DNA of 64,000 nt from Rhizobium sp. Q54 (GTDB lineage: Bacteria; Pseudomonadota; Alphaproteobacteria; SHVZ01): positions 16,303-80,302 of the forward strand of contig CAMBVS010000001.1 in the NCBI GenBank assembly GCA_945871425.1, read 5' to 3'. The notes under the pieces are model-generated. The model had not been told where the DNA came from. It searched no databases and saw only the letters and a program-made list of their open reading frames with translations. Numbering within the stretch: the first letter of the stretch is position 1; every line of letters begins with the position of its first letter. Below, one piece after another: positions 34,635-45,133 of the stretch. Both the position numbers and the translations under genes were made by a program.

Positions 34635-35187
34635 CCCGGGCGAGGAAGCGGGCGCGCTCCTCCTCGGTCGTCGAATCCATCTTGTAGAGCCTGAGGAAGA
34701 TCGGCTTCGCCTGCGGGGATACCGCGACCCTGAGCGCGCGCATCAGCACCCGCACCGGATCGAGCAGGGCCATCACCTGCCACCACGCCGAGCCTGCGGT
34801 GGTGATGACTGCCCAGACCTTGATCTGCGTCAGCAGCGGGCGGAACGGACCGTCCTTCAGCTCGAACACCACGCCCGGCAGGAACACCCGGTCGAGCCAG
34901 CCTTTCAGGATCGCCGGCGGTCCCGTCCACCAGGTCGGAAACACGAACACCAGCGCCTCCGCCCAGAGCAGATCCTCGACCGGCCCCGCCACCGGCGCCC
35001 GGTTCTCCGGCACCTTGGCGTTCATCCGCCATTCGGGGTCCGACAGCCTGGCCTCGAAGCCCTCGCCGTAGAGGTCGAGCGTCCGGACCTCGTGCCCGCC
35101 CTCCTTCAGCGCCGCCAGCGCCTCAGTGAACACGGCCGCTGTGAAGCTGGTGGCGGAGGGATGGGCGAGGATCGCGAGCACGCGCAT
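34609..35187 (-). CDS. flavodoxin-like-fold NAD(P)H dehydrogenase (quinone) family protein
   Basis: Only the last 192 aa of the 974-aa track ORF are real. 'MRVLAILAHPS' and 'LVFVFPTWWTGPPAILKGWLDRV'. Alternative ATG at 35205. Confidence 0.75.
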   Translation of the reverse strand: MRVLAILAHPSATSFTAAVFTEALAALKEGGHEVRTLDLYGEGFEARLSDPEWRMNAKVPENRAPVAGPVEDLLWAEALVFVFPTWWTGPPAILKGWLDRVFLPGVVFELKDGPFRPLLTQIKVWAVITTAGSAWWQVMALLDPVRVLMRALRVAVSPQAKPIFLRLYKMDSTTEEERARFLARVTRRLKRL

Positions 35188-35529
35188 GGCTGGAGGAAAT
35201 GCCATGATCGCAAGCGCGGTTCCAGGAGAAGACTCGAGCCGCGTGTCCTTTACCGGGAAGCGGCCGGCTTCTGAGCAGCGCGACGTGCAGCCGCCGCGCC
35301 AAGGGCGACGGTCGGGTCGGGTGGGTCTCTTGGAATTGCCAGCACGCGAATGGTGTCGCGCTCGCTCGGAACGATGCGATCTGGTGTTGCATGAGGATGG
35401 TCGGAATCCCGGACGGCCATTCCTCAATGTCTCTCGATTGTTCTGCTCAGCCCGAATGTCGACAGCCTTCATGCGACAGCAAGGAATTGTACCGCCGCCG
35501 GCACGACCCGCCGCTATGATCGCCGCCCC

Positions 35530-38319
35530 ATGACCATGCCGGCCCCGCCTTCGCGCCCGCTTGCGCGCCGCGTGCTCCTGCCGGAGGCGCCGGCGATGGT
35601 GCTGCGTGCCTCGGGCGTGGTCTGGCTGAACCCGGAAGGCGACGTCGAGACCATCGGGCGGGCCGAAGCGGTCAGGCGCTTCGAGGCGGGGGCGCGGCCC
35701 TTGCTGTGCCATGGCCGTTCGATCGGCCGCCGCCTCGGCGCGGCGGTCACCGGCCACGACGTCGTCGAGCTCTTCGCCTTCGTCCGTCCCGCCCGCTTCG
35801 CCCCGCCGACGCCGCGCGGCCTCGCCGGCGCGCTCGGCCTCGATCCGCCGGAGTCGGCGGAGGCCGAGGCCGCGGCGCTTTTCGCCGTCGCCCGCAACCT
35901 GATGAGCGAGCTCGCCGACGATCGCGACGCCGAGACCGCGGCGATCGCCAAGGTGATGGCGGCTGCGGGCTGGGCCTGGGGCCCGGCGGTGCTGGCTGCG
36001 CTCGGCGTCGATCCGTCCGAGCGCCCGCATACCGCGGCGCTCGAGGTCTGGCGGCGGCTGCCCGAATGGCAGGAGCATGCGCCGCCGGCGCCGCCGGGAA
36101 GCCAGCCGGTCGATCCGGCGGAGGCGCGCACCCGGCTCACCCGGCTCCTCGGCGACCGCTCCGAACCGCGTCCCTCGCAGGCCGACTATGCGTCGGCCGT
36201 CTCCGCCGCCTTCCTCCCGCGCGAGCACGAGGACCAGCCGCGCATGGTGCTGGCCGAGGCCGGCACCGGCGTCGGCAAGACGCTCGGCTACGTCGCGCCG
36301 GCCAGCGTCTGGGCGGAGAAGAACGAGGGCTCGGTCTGGTTCTCGACATACACGCGGAACCTCCAGCACCAGATCGACGGCGAGCTCGACCGGCTCTATC
36401 CGAACCCGACCGACAAGGCCCTCAACGTCGTCATCCGGAAGGGCCGCGAGAACTATCTCTGCCTGCTGAATTTCGAGGACGCGCTCAGGAACCTCAGAGG
36501 CAATCCCGACAACTCGATCCCGCTCGGCCTGCTCGCCCGCTGGGCCGCGGCGACGCGCGACGGCGACATGGTCGGCGGCGATTTCCCCGGCTGGCTCGCC
36601 GACCTGGTGGGGCGCGGCCGGGCCATGGGCCTGACCGATCGCCGCGGCGAGTGCGTCTACTCCGCCTGCACGCACTATCAGAAGTGTTTCATCGAGCGCG
36701 CGCAGCGGCGCTCGCGCCGCGCGCGCCTGGTCGTCGCCAACCACGCGCTGGTGATGAGCATCGCCGCCTCGGGCGGCATGGCCGAGGGCTCGCTCTCGCA
36801 CCGTCTGGTGTTCGACGAGGGCCATCACGTCTTCGATGCCGCCGACTCGGCGTTCTCGCTGGCGCTCTCCGGATTGGAGGCGGTCGAGCTGAAGCGCTGG
36901 GTGCGCGGGCCGGAGGGCAGCCGGCGCACGCGCGGCCGCGGCCTGCAGCGCCGCGTCGAGGATCTGGTGATCGACGACGAGGAGGGCGCGAAGGCGCTGG
37001 CCGATGCGATCGAAGCGGCGCGCATCCTGCCATCCGAAGGCTGGGTGACCCGGCTCGCCGAAGGGGCGCCGAACGGACCGACCGAGGCGTTTCTCTCCTT
37101 CTGCCGCCAGCAGGTCTATGCGCGGGCGAACGAGACCGAGAACGCCTATGCGATCGAGGCCGACGCCCAGCCGCCGGTCGAGGGGCTGATCCGCGCGGCG
37201 GCTCATCTTCGGAACGGGCTCCAGGAGCTGCGCCGGCCGCTGGCGAAGCTGCGCGACCGGCTGAAGGCCCGGCTCGACGACGAGGCGGAGGATCTGGAGA
37301 CCGCGATGCGGCTTCGCCTCGAAGCCATGGCGCGCATCATCGACCGGCGGATCAAAGGACTCCTCGACGGCTGGATCTCGATGCTGGAATCCCTGGCGGC
37401 GCCGACACCGCCGGAATTCGTCGACTGGCTCCAGGTCGACCGCATGGAGCAGCGCGACCTCGATGTCGGGCTTCATCGCCACTGGGTCGACCCGACCGTG
37501 CCTTTTGCGGAGACGGTGCTGAAGCCGGCCCATGGCGTGGTCGTCACCTCGGCGACCTTGCGCGATGCGACCGGCGTGACCGAGCTCGACTGGGCGGCGG
37601 CGGAGTCGTCATCGGGCGCGCGGCACCTGGCGGCGCCGGCGATGCGGGCGGCGGTGGCGTCGCCCTTCGACTATCCGAAGCAGACCCGCATCTTCGTCGT
37701 CACCGACGTCGACAAGCGCGACTTCGCCCAGGTGGCGTCGGCCTATCGCGAGCTGTTCTTAGCCTCCGGCGGCGGCGCGCTCGGCCTGTTCACCGCGATC
37801 CGGCGCTTGCGCGAAGTGCATGCCCGCATCGCCCAGCCGCTGGAGGAGGCCGGCGTCGCCCTCTATGCGCAGCACGTCGACGGCCTCGATACCGCGACGC
37901 TCATCGACATCTTCCGCGCCGAGCCGGAGAGCTGCCTCCTCGGCACCGATGCCGTCCGCGACGGCGTCGACGTGCCGGGGCGCTCGCTCCGCCTCATCGT
38001 CTTCGACCGCGTGCCCTGGCCCCGCCCCGACATCCTGCACCGCGCCCGCCGCCAGGCCTTCGGCAACAAGGCCTATGACGAGCGGGTGACGCGCTTTCGC
38101 CTGAAGCAGGCCTTCGGCCGGCTGATCCGCCGCGCCGACGACATCGGCGTCTTCGTCATGCTCGACAAGGCGCTGCCGACCCGCCTCGCCGCGGCGTTTC
38201 CGGAAGGCGTCGAGGTCGAGCGGGTGGGCCTGGCCGAGGCGGTCGCCCGGACGCGGGAGTTCCTGGCCGACCCGGGTAAATTAAGTTTTGGCATTAATAA
38301 GTTAACGCCGCTGTTTTGA
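35530..38319 (+). CDS. DinG/Rad3-like ATP-dependent DNA helicase with N-terminal extension
   Basis: 929 aa. Walker A 'AGTGVGKTLGY', motif II 'VFDEGHH', C-terminal helicase motifs 'TSATL' and 'LLGTDAVRDGVDVPG'. Confidence 0.8.
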   Translation: MTMPAPPSRPLARRVLLPEAPAMVLRASGVVWLNPEGDVETIGRAEAVRRFEAGARPLLCHGRSIGRRLGAAVTGHDVVELFAFVRPARFAPPTPRGLAGALGLDPPESAEAEAAALFAVARNLMSELADDRDAETAAIAKVMAAAGWAWGPAVLAALGVDPSERPHTAALEVWRRLPEWQEHAPPAPPGSQPVDPAEARTRLTRLLGDRSEPRPSQADYASAVSAAFLPREHEDQPRMVLAEAGTGVGKTLGYVAPASVWAEKNEGSVWFSTYTRNLQHQIDGELDRLYPNPTDKALNVVIRKGRENYLCLLNFEDALRNLRGNPDNSIPLGLLARWAAATRDGDMVGGDFPGWLADLVGRGRAMGLTDRRGECVYSACTHYQKCFIERAQRRSRRARLVVANHALVMSIAASGGMAEGSLSHRLVFDEGHHVFDAADSAFSLALSGLEAVELKRWVRGPEGSRRTRGRGLQRRVEDLVIDDEEGAKALADAIEAARILPSEGWVTRLAEGAPNGPTEAFLSFCRQQVYARANETENAYAIEADAQPPVEGLIRAAAHLRNGLQELRRPLAKLRDRLKARLDDEAEDLETAMRLRLEAMARIIDRRIKGLLDGWISMLESLAAPTPPEFVDWLQVDRMEQRDLDVGLHRHWVDPTVPFAETVLKPAHGVVVTSATLRDATGVTELDWAAAESSSGARHLAAPAMRAAVASPFDYPKQTRIFVVTDVDKRDFAQVASAYRELFLASGGGALGLFTAIRRLREVHARIAQPLEEAGVALYAQHVDGLDTATLIDIFRAEPESCLLGTDAVRDGVDVPGRSLRLIVFDRVPWPRPDILHRARRQAFGNKAYDERVTRFRLKQAFGRLIRRADDIGVFVMLDKALPTRLAAAFPEGVEVERVGLAEAVARTREFLADPGKLSFGINKLTPLF

Positions 38320-38409
38320 CAGTCGGCAGCTGGCCCGCTAGAGTTTTCTTCCGGTAGAACACCGCTCGCGGTCCGCCTGTCGCGGTCGCGGGCCGAAGAG
38401 GGTGCCTGA

Positions 38410-39261
38410 ATGGCGCTTGAGATCGGCCAGGTCGTCAGTGGGATCGCGCTCTTCCCGACGCGTCGGGGACAGTCCCAGGACGGCACGGCCACCGCCCCGC
38501 CCGAGACGACCCTTCCGGGGGAACAGGCTCCGCCGCTGACCGGCGTCGTGGGCGGGAAACCGCTGTCCGGCGAGGCGCTGCAGACCCTGCAGGGTACCGA
38601 GCAGGCCGGCACCGTCGGCAAGTCCGGCGAGTCCGAGACCGAGGGCGAGCTCACCGACGAAGAAAAGGAAGTCGTCGAGAAGCTGAAATCGCGCGACCAG
38701 GAGGTGCGCCGCCACGAGGCGGCGCATGCCGCCGCCGGCGGGCAATATGCCGGCGCGCCGACCTTCTCCTACCAGCAGGGGCCGGACGGCAAGCGCTACG
38801 CCATCGGCGGCGAGGTCTCGATCGACACAAGCCCGGGCAGCACGCCCGAGGAGACCATCCGCAAGGCCGACCAGATCCGCGCCGCGGCGCTGGCGCCGGC
38901 CGATCCCTCCGGCCAGGACCAGGCCGTCGCCGCCGCCGCGATCCAGATGAAGGCCCAGGCCCAGGCCGAGAAAGCGGCGCAGCGCGCCGAGGAGCAGAAG
39001 GCCAAGGACGAAGAGGGCGCGGAAGAGCAGCCCGCCGTCCCTGGCGCCCCGAAGCCGGAAGAGACCGGACCCGAGATCGCCGGGCCGAAGCCGGTCGGCC
39101 AGAAGGACGAGACCGCAGAAGCGGGCACCGCGCCGGCGACTGAAACCGCCCCGGCGAACGACCGCCGCAACGCCGCCGCCGCGGAGGCCTACGGGCGCAC
39201 CGAGAACTCGGTCAGACGGACCGGCGAAGCGACATCCGAGGCGCTGTCTCTGGTCGCATAA
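38410..39261 (+). CDS. SprA-related / CJM1_0395-type putative metalloprotease family protein
   Basis: 283 aa. '[45 protein letters not shown]' matches my memory of this family. Low-complexity acidic flanks. Confidence 0.65.
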   Translation: MALEIGQVVSGIALFPTRRGQSQDGTATAPPETTLPGEQAPPLTGVVGGKPLSGEALQTLQGTEQAGTVGKSGESETEGELTDEEKEVVEKLKSRDQEVRRHEAAHAAAGGQYAGAPTFSYQQGPDGKRYAIGGEVSIDTSPGSTPEETIRKADQIRAAALAPADPSGQDQAVAAAAIQMKAQAQAEKAAQRAEEQKAKDEEGAEEQPAVPGAPKPEETGPEIAGPKPVGQKDETAEAGTAPATETAPANDRRNAAAAEAYGRTENSVRRTGEATSEALSLVA

Positions 39262-39306
39262 GCCTGTGTTCCCTCCCCCCGCGGAGCGTGGGGGCGGGCG
39301 TAGGAG

Positions 39307-39795
39307 CTACTTCACCACCTCGTCCGGATAGGCCCCGAAGAATTCGCCGCGTTTGAGCCAGCCCTTGTAGCCGCCGATCTCGGCCCGGCACCAGACGTCG
39401 CGGCATTCGAGCAGGCGGCCGACCAGGCCGGGCTCGACCATGGCGACGGCGGCGGCGCTCTCGGCCTTGTCCTCGCGGAGCTTCCTGGTGGCGCCGGTGA
39501 CGATCAGGGTGCGGCGGTTGGTGAGGAAGCTCGACTGCACCCAGCCGACGGTGCCCTGGTAGTCGCGGATCCGCCGCCAGGTGTCGAATTCCTGGATCAC
39601 CTCGACCGGCATCGCCCGCTTGGTCAGCACCCACTCGATCGGATAGCGGGTGCCGGGGCCGGTTCTCAGGTTGACCTCGCCCGAGCGCACCGAGACGAAG
39701 CGGGGCAGAGGCAAGCCGCTCTCCTTGGCGGCCTCGGCGGGTGCGAGCCCGGATGCCAGGAGGATGAGGAGGAGGACGGCGAGGCGACGCAGCAT
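39307..39795 (-). CDS. secreted tandem SH3-like domain protein (DUF1058-type)
   Basis: ATG 39795. Signal 'MLRRLAVLLLILLASGLAPAEA', then 'VNLRTGPGTRYPIEWV' and 'WCRAEIGGYKGWL'. Confidence 0.7.
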   Translation of the reverse strand: MLRRLAVLLLILLASGLAPAEAAKESGLPLPRFVSVRSGEVNLRTGPGTRYPIEWVLTKRAMPVEVIQEFDTWRRIRDYQGTVGWVQSSFLTNRRTLIVTGATRKLREDKAESAAAVAMVEPGLVGRLLECRDVWCRAEIGGYKGWLKRGEFFGAYPDEVVK

Positions 39796-39975
39796 GCCGG
39801 TCTTGGACGCGCCCGGAAGGTGACCCCTGTTTAGGTGCGGAGCGCCTTCCGGGTCAAGGAATTGCGACCAAGGGTCGCTTGGGGGGCGCCCGGGGGGCCG
39901 CCGGGGGATTTGCGGCTGGAAACAGGCATATGGCGGGCTATAGTCTCGGCCGAACGGCGAAGCGTCGGGAGGCGG

Positions 39976-40716
39976 ATGGGCGTCTGGGAGGATCTGGGGC
40001 GGGAGCTCGACGCCTGGGGAGAGGCGGCGAGGCTGGCGACGCTGTGGTGGCGCGACGACGATGCGGTCGCGCCGACGGCGGCGCTCGCCCGGCTGCATGA
40101 CCTGGCATCCGCCCATGACCTCGTGCCGGCGCTGGCGGTGGTGCCGCGCGACGCGGCCCCGTCGCTCCCCGGCCAGGCGCTGCTCCAGCACGGCTATGCC
40201 CATACCAATCACGGCCTGAAGAAGAAGGCCGAGCTGGGCCCGGAACGCGCGGCCGCGGCCGTCGCCGGCGAGCTCGCCCACGGCCGTCGGCGCCTTCTCG
40301 ACCTCTTCGCCGGCCGCGTGCTGCCGGTGCTGGCGCCGCCCTGGAACCGGATCGCGCCCGAGGTCGTGGCCCTGCTGCCGGGCTTAGGCTTCCGCGGCCT
40401 CTCCACATTCCGGCCGCGTCGGGCGGCGGAAGCGGCGCCGGGAGTGACGCAGGTCAACGCCCATGTCGACATCATCGACTGGCAGGAGCGGCGTTTCGCC
40501 GGCGACGAGCCGACGGTGACGGCGCTGATCGGCCATCTTTCCGACCGCCGCCACGGCCGCGCCGACGCGGGCGAGCCGACCGGGCTCCTGACCCACCATC
40601 TCGTCCATGACGCGCCGGCCTGGGGCTTCCTCGCCCGGCTCTTCGCCGTCACCCGCGCCCATCCCGCCATCCGCTGGCTCACGCCGGCCCAAGCCTTCGG
40701 ACTCGCCGCCGCATGA
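39976..40716 (+). CDS. polysaccharide-deacetylase-like protein
   Basis: ATG 39976 (MGVWEDL...). 'LWWRDDDA' and 'HGYAHTNH' are metal-site-like segments. The assignment is from memory. Confidence 0.5.
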   Translation: MGVWEDLGRELDAWGEAARLATLWWRDDDAVAPTAALARLHDLASAHDLVPALAVVPRDAAPSLPGQALLQHGYAHTNHGLKKKAELGPERAAAAVAGELAHGRRRLLDLFAGRVLPVLAPPWNRIAPEVVALLPGLGFRGLSTFRPRRAAEAAPGVTQVNAHVDIIDWQERRFAGDEPTVTALIGHLSDRRHGRADAGEPTGLLTHHLVHDAPAWGFLARLFAVTRAHPAIRWLTPAQAFGLAAA

Positions 40717-41204
40717 CCGAACTCCGCTACCCGACCCAGGCGATGATGGGCGACTACGTCCGCGCCGCCTTCGGCCTGGCGCTGACCGGGACGCCGCTGC
40801 TGCTGTCGCCGCCGGGCTCGGCCGCCACCTACATCCTGGGACCGCTGGCGCTGCTGTTCGCGGTCTTCGGCGCGCGCACGGCGCTCCGCCACCGCACCGT
40901 GGTCGAGGTCGAAGATCAGAAGGTGGCGACCAACGGGCTCTGGCGCCAGGAGCTGAGATGGTCGGAGCTGATCGAGGTCAAGCTCAGCTACTTCTCGACC
41001 AAGCGCGACCGCACCCAAGGCTGGATGCAGCTGATGCTGCGCGGGCCGACCGGCAAGCTCCGCTTCGATTCCACCCTCGACGGCTTCCCCGACGTCGCCA
41101 GGCGCGCGCATATGACGGCCAGGGCCAAGGGGATCGAGCTTTCGGAAGCCACCATCTCCAACTTCGCCTCGCTCGGCTTCGAGCCGGCGAAGGCGAAGGA
41201 GTGA
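40713..41204 (+). CDS. hypothetical membrane protein (2 TM plus a possible PH-like soluble domain)
   Basis: 163 aa. The ATG overlaps the upstream stop (ATGA). Hydrophobic '[14 protein letters not shown]' and '[14 protein letters not shown]'. Confidence 0.5.
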   Translation: MTELRYPTQAMMGDYVRAAFGLALTGTPLLLSPPGSAATYILGPLALLFAVFGARTALRHRTVVEVEDQKVATNGLWRQELRWSELIEVKLSYFSTKRDRTQGWMQLMLRGPTGKLRFDSTLDGFPDVARRAHMTARAKGIELSEATISNFASLGFEPAKAKE

Positions 41205-41218
41205 GCCCCTCTAAGGCG

Positions 41219-43111
41219 ATGACCACCAGCCCGCTCCTTCGCGTCAACAACCTCAAGATCGTCTTCGATCTGCCGGAGGGGCAGCTCGTCGCCGTCGACG
41301 GCGTCAGCTTCCGCGTGCGCTACGGCCAGACCACGGCGCTGGTCGGCGAGTCGGGCTCGGGCAAGACCGTGGTCTCCCAGGCGATCATGAACATCCTGCC
41401 CAAGGCCGCCCGCGTCGCCTCCGGCCAGATCCTGTTCGCCGATCCGACCAAGGCCGGCACGGTCAACGACATCGCCCACATGCCGCCGGAGAGCCGCGGC
41501 ATGCGCGCCATCCGCGGCGGGCGTATCTCGATCATCTTCCAGGAGCCGATGACCTCGCTCTCGGCGCTCCACACCATCGGCGACCAGATTTCCGAGACGC
41601 TCGAGCTGCACAAGCCGGTCAGCCGCGCCGAAGCGCTGGAGGCAACCCGCGAGATCCTGCGCCTGGTTGGATTCCCCGATCCGAAGAAGGCGATCGACAC
41701 CTATCCCTTCGAGCTGTCGGGCGGGCTCCGCCAGCGCGCCATGATCGCCATGGCGCTGATCTGCCGGCCGGCGCTCCTGATCGCCGACGAGCCGACGACC
41801 GCCCTCGACGTCACCATCCAGGCGCAGATCCTGAAATTGATCGCCGACCTCCAGACAGAGCTCGGCATGGCCGTCCTGGTCATCACCCACGACCTCGGCG
41901 TCGTCGCCAACATCGCCCAGGAGGTTGTGGTGATGTACCGGGGGAAGGTGATGGAGTCGGGCACGGTCGAGGACATCTTCCGCGCGCCCGAGCATCCCTA
42001 CCTGAAGGCGCTGATGCGGGCGGTGCCGCGCCTCGGCATGAAGCCGGGCGAGCGGCTGATCCCGCTCCGCGAGATCAAGAGCGAGCACAGCCGGCTGATG
42101 GCCGAGAAGCCGGCCTGGCCGGAGGGCGCCGACGCCGCCGGGCCGCTGCTCTCGGTCAGGGGCATCACCAAGAGCTTCCAGATCCGCAAGACCGCCTGGT
42201 TCGGCGACAAGTCGGCCGGCAGGGTGCTGGCGGTCGACGACGTCTCCTTCGAGGTCAGGCGCGGCGAGTGCCTGGGCCTGGTCGGCGAGAGCGGCTGCGG
42301 CAAGACCACCTTGTCGAAGATCCTGCTGCGCGCGTTCAAGCCCGACTCCGGCGAGGCGATCTTCAACGACCACGGCCGGCCGGTCGACATGCTGGCGCTC
42401 GAGGGCGACGACCTCATCCGCTTCCGCCGGCAGATGCAGTACGTGTTCCAGGACCCGTTCGGCTCGCTCAATCCGCGCATGACCGTGTTCGACCTCATCG
42501 CCGAGCCGCTGATGATCCACGGCATCGCCGACGAGGCCGAGCGGGCCGAGCGGGTGAAGGAGCTGATGCGCCTTGTCGGGCTCGACGTCCGCCACCTGAA
42601 GCGCTATCCGCACAGCTTCTCCGGCGGCCAGCGCCAGCGCATCTGCATCGCGCGCGCGCTCGCGCTCAGCCCCGATCTCCTGATCTGCGACGAGCCGGTC
42701 TCTGCCCTCGACGTCTCGATCCAGGCGCAGATCCTCAATCTCCTGAAGGACCTGCAGAAGCAGCTCGGCCTGACCTATCTCTTCATCAGCCACAACCTCG
42801 CCGTCGTCGACTATGTCGCCCATCGCATCGCGGTGATGTGCGCCGGCCGCCTGGTCGAGGTGGCGCCGCGCGAGGAGCTGTTCCGCAACCCGGTGCATCC
42901 CTACACCCAGGCGCTGCTCTCGGCGGTGCCGGAGCCCGACCTCGAGCGCAAGCTCGACTTCGCCCATGTGGTCGACAGCAAGGCCTCGATCCCGGCGGCC
43001 TGGCCCGAGCCCTTCCGCATCGACGGCAGCAAGAAGGCGTCGATGATCGACCTCGGCGACGAGCATTTCGTGCGCGCCACCGCAATACCCGTGCTCAAGG
43101 AGGTGGCGTGA
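41219..43111 (+). CDS. ABC transporter ATP-binding protein, duplicated (YejF/DppDF-like)
   Basis: Two cassettes: 'GESGSGKT'...'LSGGLRQR'...'LLIADEPT' and 'GESGCGKT'...'FSGGQRQR'...'LLICDEPV'. I trimmed the track ORF from 40607. Alternative GTG at 41201. Confidence 0.9.
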   Translation: MTTSPLLRVNNLKIVFDLPEGQLVAVDGVSFRVRYGQTTALVGESGSGKTVVSQAIMNILPKAARVASGQILFADPTKAGTVNDIAHMPPESRGMRAIRGGRISIIFQEPMTSLSALHTIGDQISETLELHKPVSRAEALEATREILRLVGFPDPKKAIDTYPFELSGGLRQRAMIAMALICRPALLIADEPTTALDVTIQAQILKLIADLQTELGMAVLVITHDLGVVANIAQEVVVMYRGKVMESGTVEDIFRAPEHPYLKALMRAVPRLGMKPGERLIPLREIKSEHSRLMAEKPAWPEGADAAGPLLSVRGITKSFQIRKTAWFGDKSAGRVLAVDDVSFEVRRGECLGLVGESGCGKTTLSKILLRAFKPDSGEAIFNDHGRPVDMLALEGDDLIRFRRQMQYVFQDPFGSLNPRMTVFDLIAEPLMIHGIADEAERAERVKELMRLVGLDVRHLKRYPHSFSGGQRQRICIARALALSPDLLICDEPVSALDVSIQAQILNLLKDLQKQLGLTYLFISHNLAVVDYVAHRIAVMCAGRLVEVAPREELFRNPVHPYTQALLSAVPEPDLERKLDFAHVVDSKASIPAAWPEPFRIDGSKKASMIDLGDEHFVRATAIPVLKEVA

Positions 43112-45012
43112 TGCGCCTGCTTCTCGCCGCCGTCCTGGCGCTCGCCGCCGCCGGCGCCGCGGCCCAGCCCTTTCGCGAGCCGCCGAGCCTGCTCGACCAG
43201 GTGGCCGCCGGCAAGCTGCCGCCCGTCACCCTCCGCCTTCCCGAGCGCCCCGACGTCGCCAAGCTGTTGCCGTTCCAGACGATCGGCCGCCACGGCGGCA
43301 GCTGGCGGATGATCGCCGGCGGCGCCTCCGACACGCGCTTTTCCGTCGTCTACGGCTACGCCCGGCTGGTCGGCTACGACGCCCAGTTCAAGCTGCAGCC
43401 CGACATCGCCGAGAAGGTCGAGGTCGAGGACGAGCGCCGCTTCACCTTCCATCTCCGCCCGGGCCATCGCTGGTCCGACGGGGCGCCCTTCACCACCGAC
43501 GACTTCCGCTACGTCTGGGAGGACGTCTACGGCAATTCCAGGCTCCGGCCGTCGGGCGTGCCGATCGAGCTCCTGGTCGAGGGCGAGCGGCCGATCTTCG
43601 AGATCCTGTCGCCGAGCGTGGTGCGTTACACTTGGTCGAGGCCGAACCCCACCTTCCTTCCGGCGCTGGCCAGCCCGCGGCCGCTCGAGATCTTCGGGCC
43701 GGCGCACTACCTCAAGACCTTCCACGAGAAATTCGCCTCGGCAGCCGAGCTCGAGAAGAAGGTGCGCGACACGCGCGTGCGCAACTGGGCGGTGCTGCAC
43801 AATCGCCGCGACAACCAGTACCGCGTCGACAATCCCGACCTGCCGACGCTTCAGCCGTGGATGCTGGCGACGGTGCCGCCGGCCGACCGCTTCGTCTTCA
43901 AGCGCAATCCCTACTACCACCGGGTCGACGCCGAGGGCCGGCAGCTTCCCTATCTCGACGAGCTGGTGATGGCGCTCGCCGACTCGAAGATCGTGCCGCT
44001 GAAGACCGGCGCCGGCGAAGCCGACCTGCAGGCGCGCTACCTCCGCTTCGACAACTACACCTTCCTGAAGGAAGCGGAGGCGAGGAACGGCTACAAGGTG
44101 CGCCTATGGCGGACGGTGCGCGGCGCCGACCAGGCGCTGGTGCCGAACCTCAACGTCAGCGATCCGGTGTGGCGCCAGGTGCTGCGCGACGTCCGCTTCC
44201 GCCGCGCGCTCTCGCTCGGCACCAACCGCCACGAGATCAACCAGGTGATCTATTACGGGCTCGGCATCGAGGGGAACAACACGGCGCTGCCGGGCTCGCC
44301 CCTGTTCGACGCCGAGTACCGCACCCGCTGGACCCGCTACGACCTCCGCACCGCCAACGCGCTGCTCGACGAGATGGGGCTGACCAAGCGCGACCACCGG
44401 GGGCTGCGCCTGCTTCCCGATGGCCGGCCGATGAAGATCGTGATCGAGAGCGCCGGCGAGTCGACCGAGCAGACCGACGTGCTGGAGCTTCTGCACGACA
44501 CCTGGATCGAGCTCGGCATCAAGATCTATCCGAAGGCCCTCCAGCGCGACGTCATGCGCAACCGCATCTTCGCCGGCGAGACGGTGATGTGCATCTGGTT
44601 CGGCTCGGAATTCGCGCTGATGGACGCCGACTCGAACCCCAAGGACTACGTCGTCTCCGACCAGCAGCAGCTGCAATGGCCGAAATGGGGTCAGTTCCGC
44701 GAGACCAAGGGCAAGGCCGGCGAGCCGGTAGACATGCCCGAGGCGAAGGAGCTGCAGGAGCTCGAGCACGCCTGGGCCGCGACCGCCGATCGCGCCGAGC
44801 GCACCCGCATATGGCGCCGCATCCTCGAGATCAACGCCGACCAGCAGTTCACCATCGGCATCCTCGCCGGCGCCTTCCAGCCGGTGGTGATCGCGAGCGC
44901 TCTCAAGAACGTGCCGGAGGAAGGGATCTTCAACTGGGAGCCCGGAGCGCAATTCGGCATGTACCGGCCGGACACGTTCTACTTCGCCACATCCGACGTG
45001 GCGTCGAAGTGA
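43111..45012 (+). CDS. ABC substrate-binding protein, family 5 (YejA-like, long form)
   Basis: The ATG overlaps the upstream stop (GTGATG). Signal '[19 protein letters not shown]'. 633 aa. Confidence 0.85.
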   Translation: MRLLLAAVLALAAAGAAAQPFREPPSLLDQVAAGKLPPVTLRLPERPDVAKLLPFQTIGRHGGSWRMIAGGASDTRFSVVYGYARLVGYDAQFKLQPDIAEKVEVEDERRFTFHLRPGHRWSDGAPFTTDDFRYVWEDVYGNSRLRPSGVPIELLVEGERPIFEILSPSVVRYTWSRPNPTFLPALASPRPLEIFGPAHYLKTFHEKFASAAELEKKVRDTRVRNWAVLHNRRDNQYRVDNPDLPTLQPWMLATVPPADRFVFKRNPYYHRVDAEGRQLPYLDELVMALADSKIVPLKTGAGEADLQARYLRFDNYTFLKEAEARNGYKVRLWRTVRGADQALVPNLNVSDPVWRQVLRDVRFRRALSLGTNRHEINQVIYYGLGIEGNNTALPGSPLFDAEYRTRWTRYDLRTANALLDEMGLTKRDHRGLRLLPDGRPMKIVIESAGESTEQTDVLELLHDTWIELGIKIYPKALQRDVMRNRIFAGETVMCIWFGSEFALMDADSNPKDYVVSDQQQLQWPKWGQFRETKGKAGEPVDMPEAKELQELEHAWAATADRAERTRIWRRILEINADQQFTIGILAGAFQPVVIASALKNVPEEGIFNWEPGAQFGMYRPDTFYFATSDVASK

Positions 45013-45016
45013 ACGA

Positions 45017-45120
45017 GTCCCTGCCCCTTCCCCCCACTCTATCCCTGCCCCCACTGTGGGGGAGGTACGCGCAACGCGAAGCGTTGTCGCGCTGGGTGAG
45101 GGGTGCCGTTGCCGCCCCTC
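45017..45120. repeat. B-family-related G/C-run palindromic repeat, copy B3
   Basis: 'ccctgcccc...ccctgcccccac-tgt-gggggagg', followed by hairpin 'gcgcaacgc-gaa-gcgttgtcgcgc'. Confidence 0.5.
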
Positions 45121-45133
45121 GCTCCGGAGGCGA

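Noticed and set aside
34609-37533. 974-aa minus-strand ORF
   Set aside because: Only the C-terminal 192 aa (a flavodoxin-like NAD(P)H oxidoreductase) are credible. The rest is antisense to the DinG-like helicase, which has clear Walker A and DEGH motifs.
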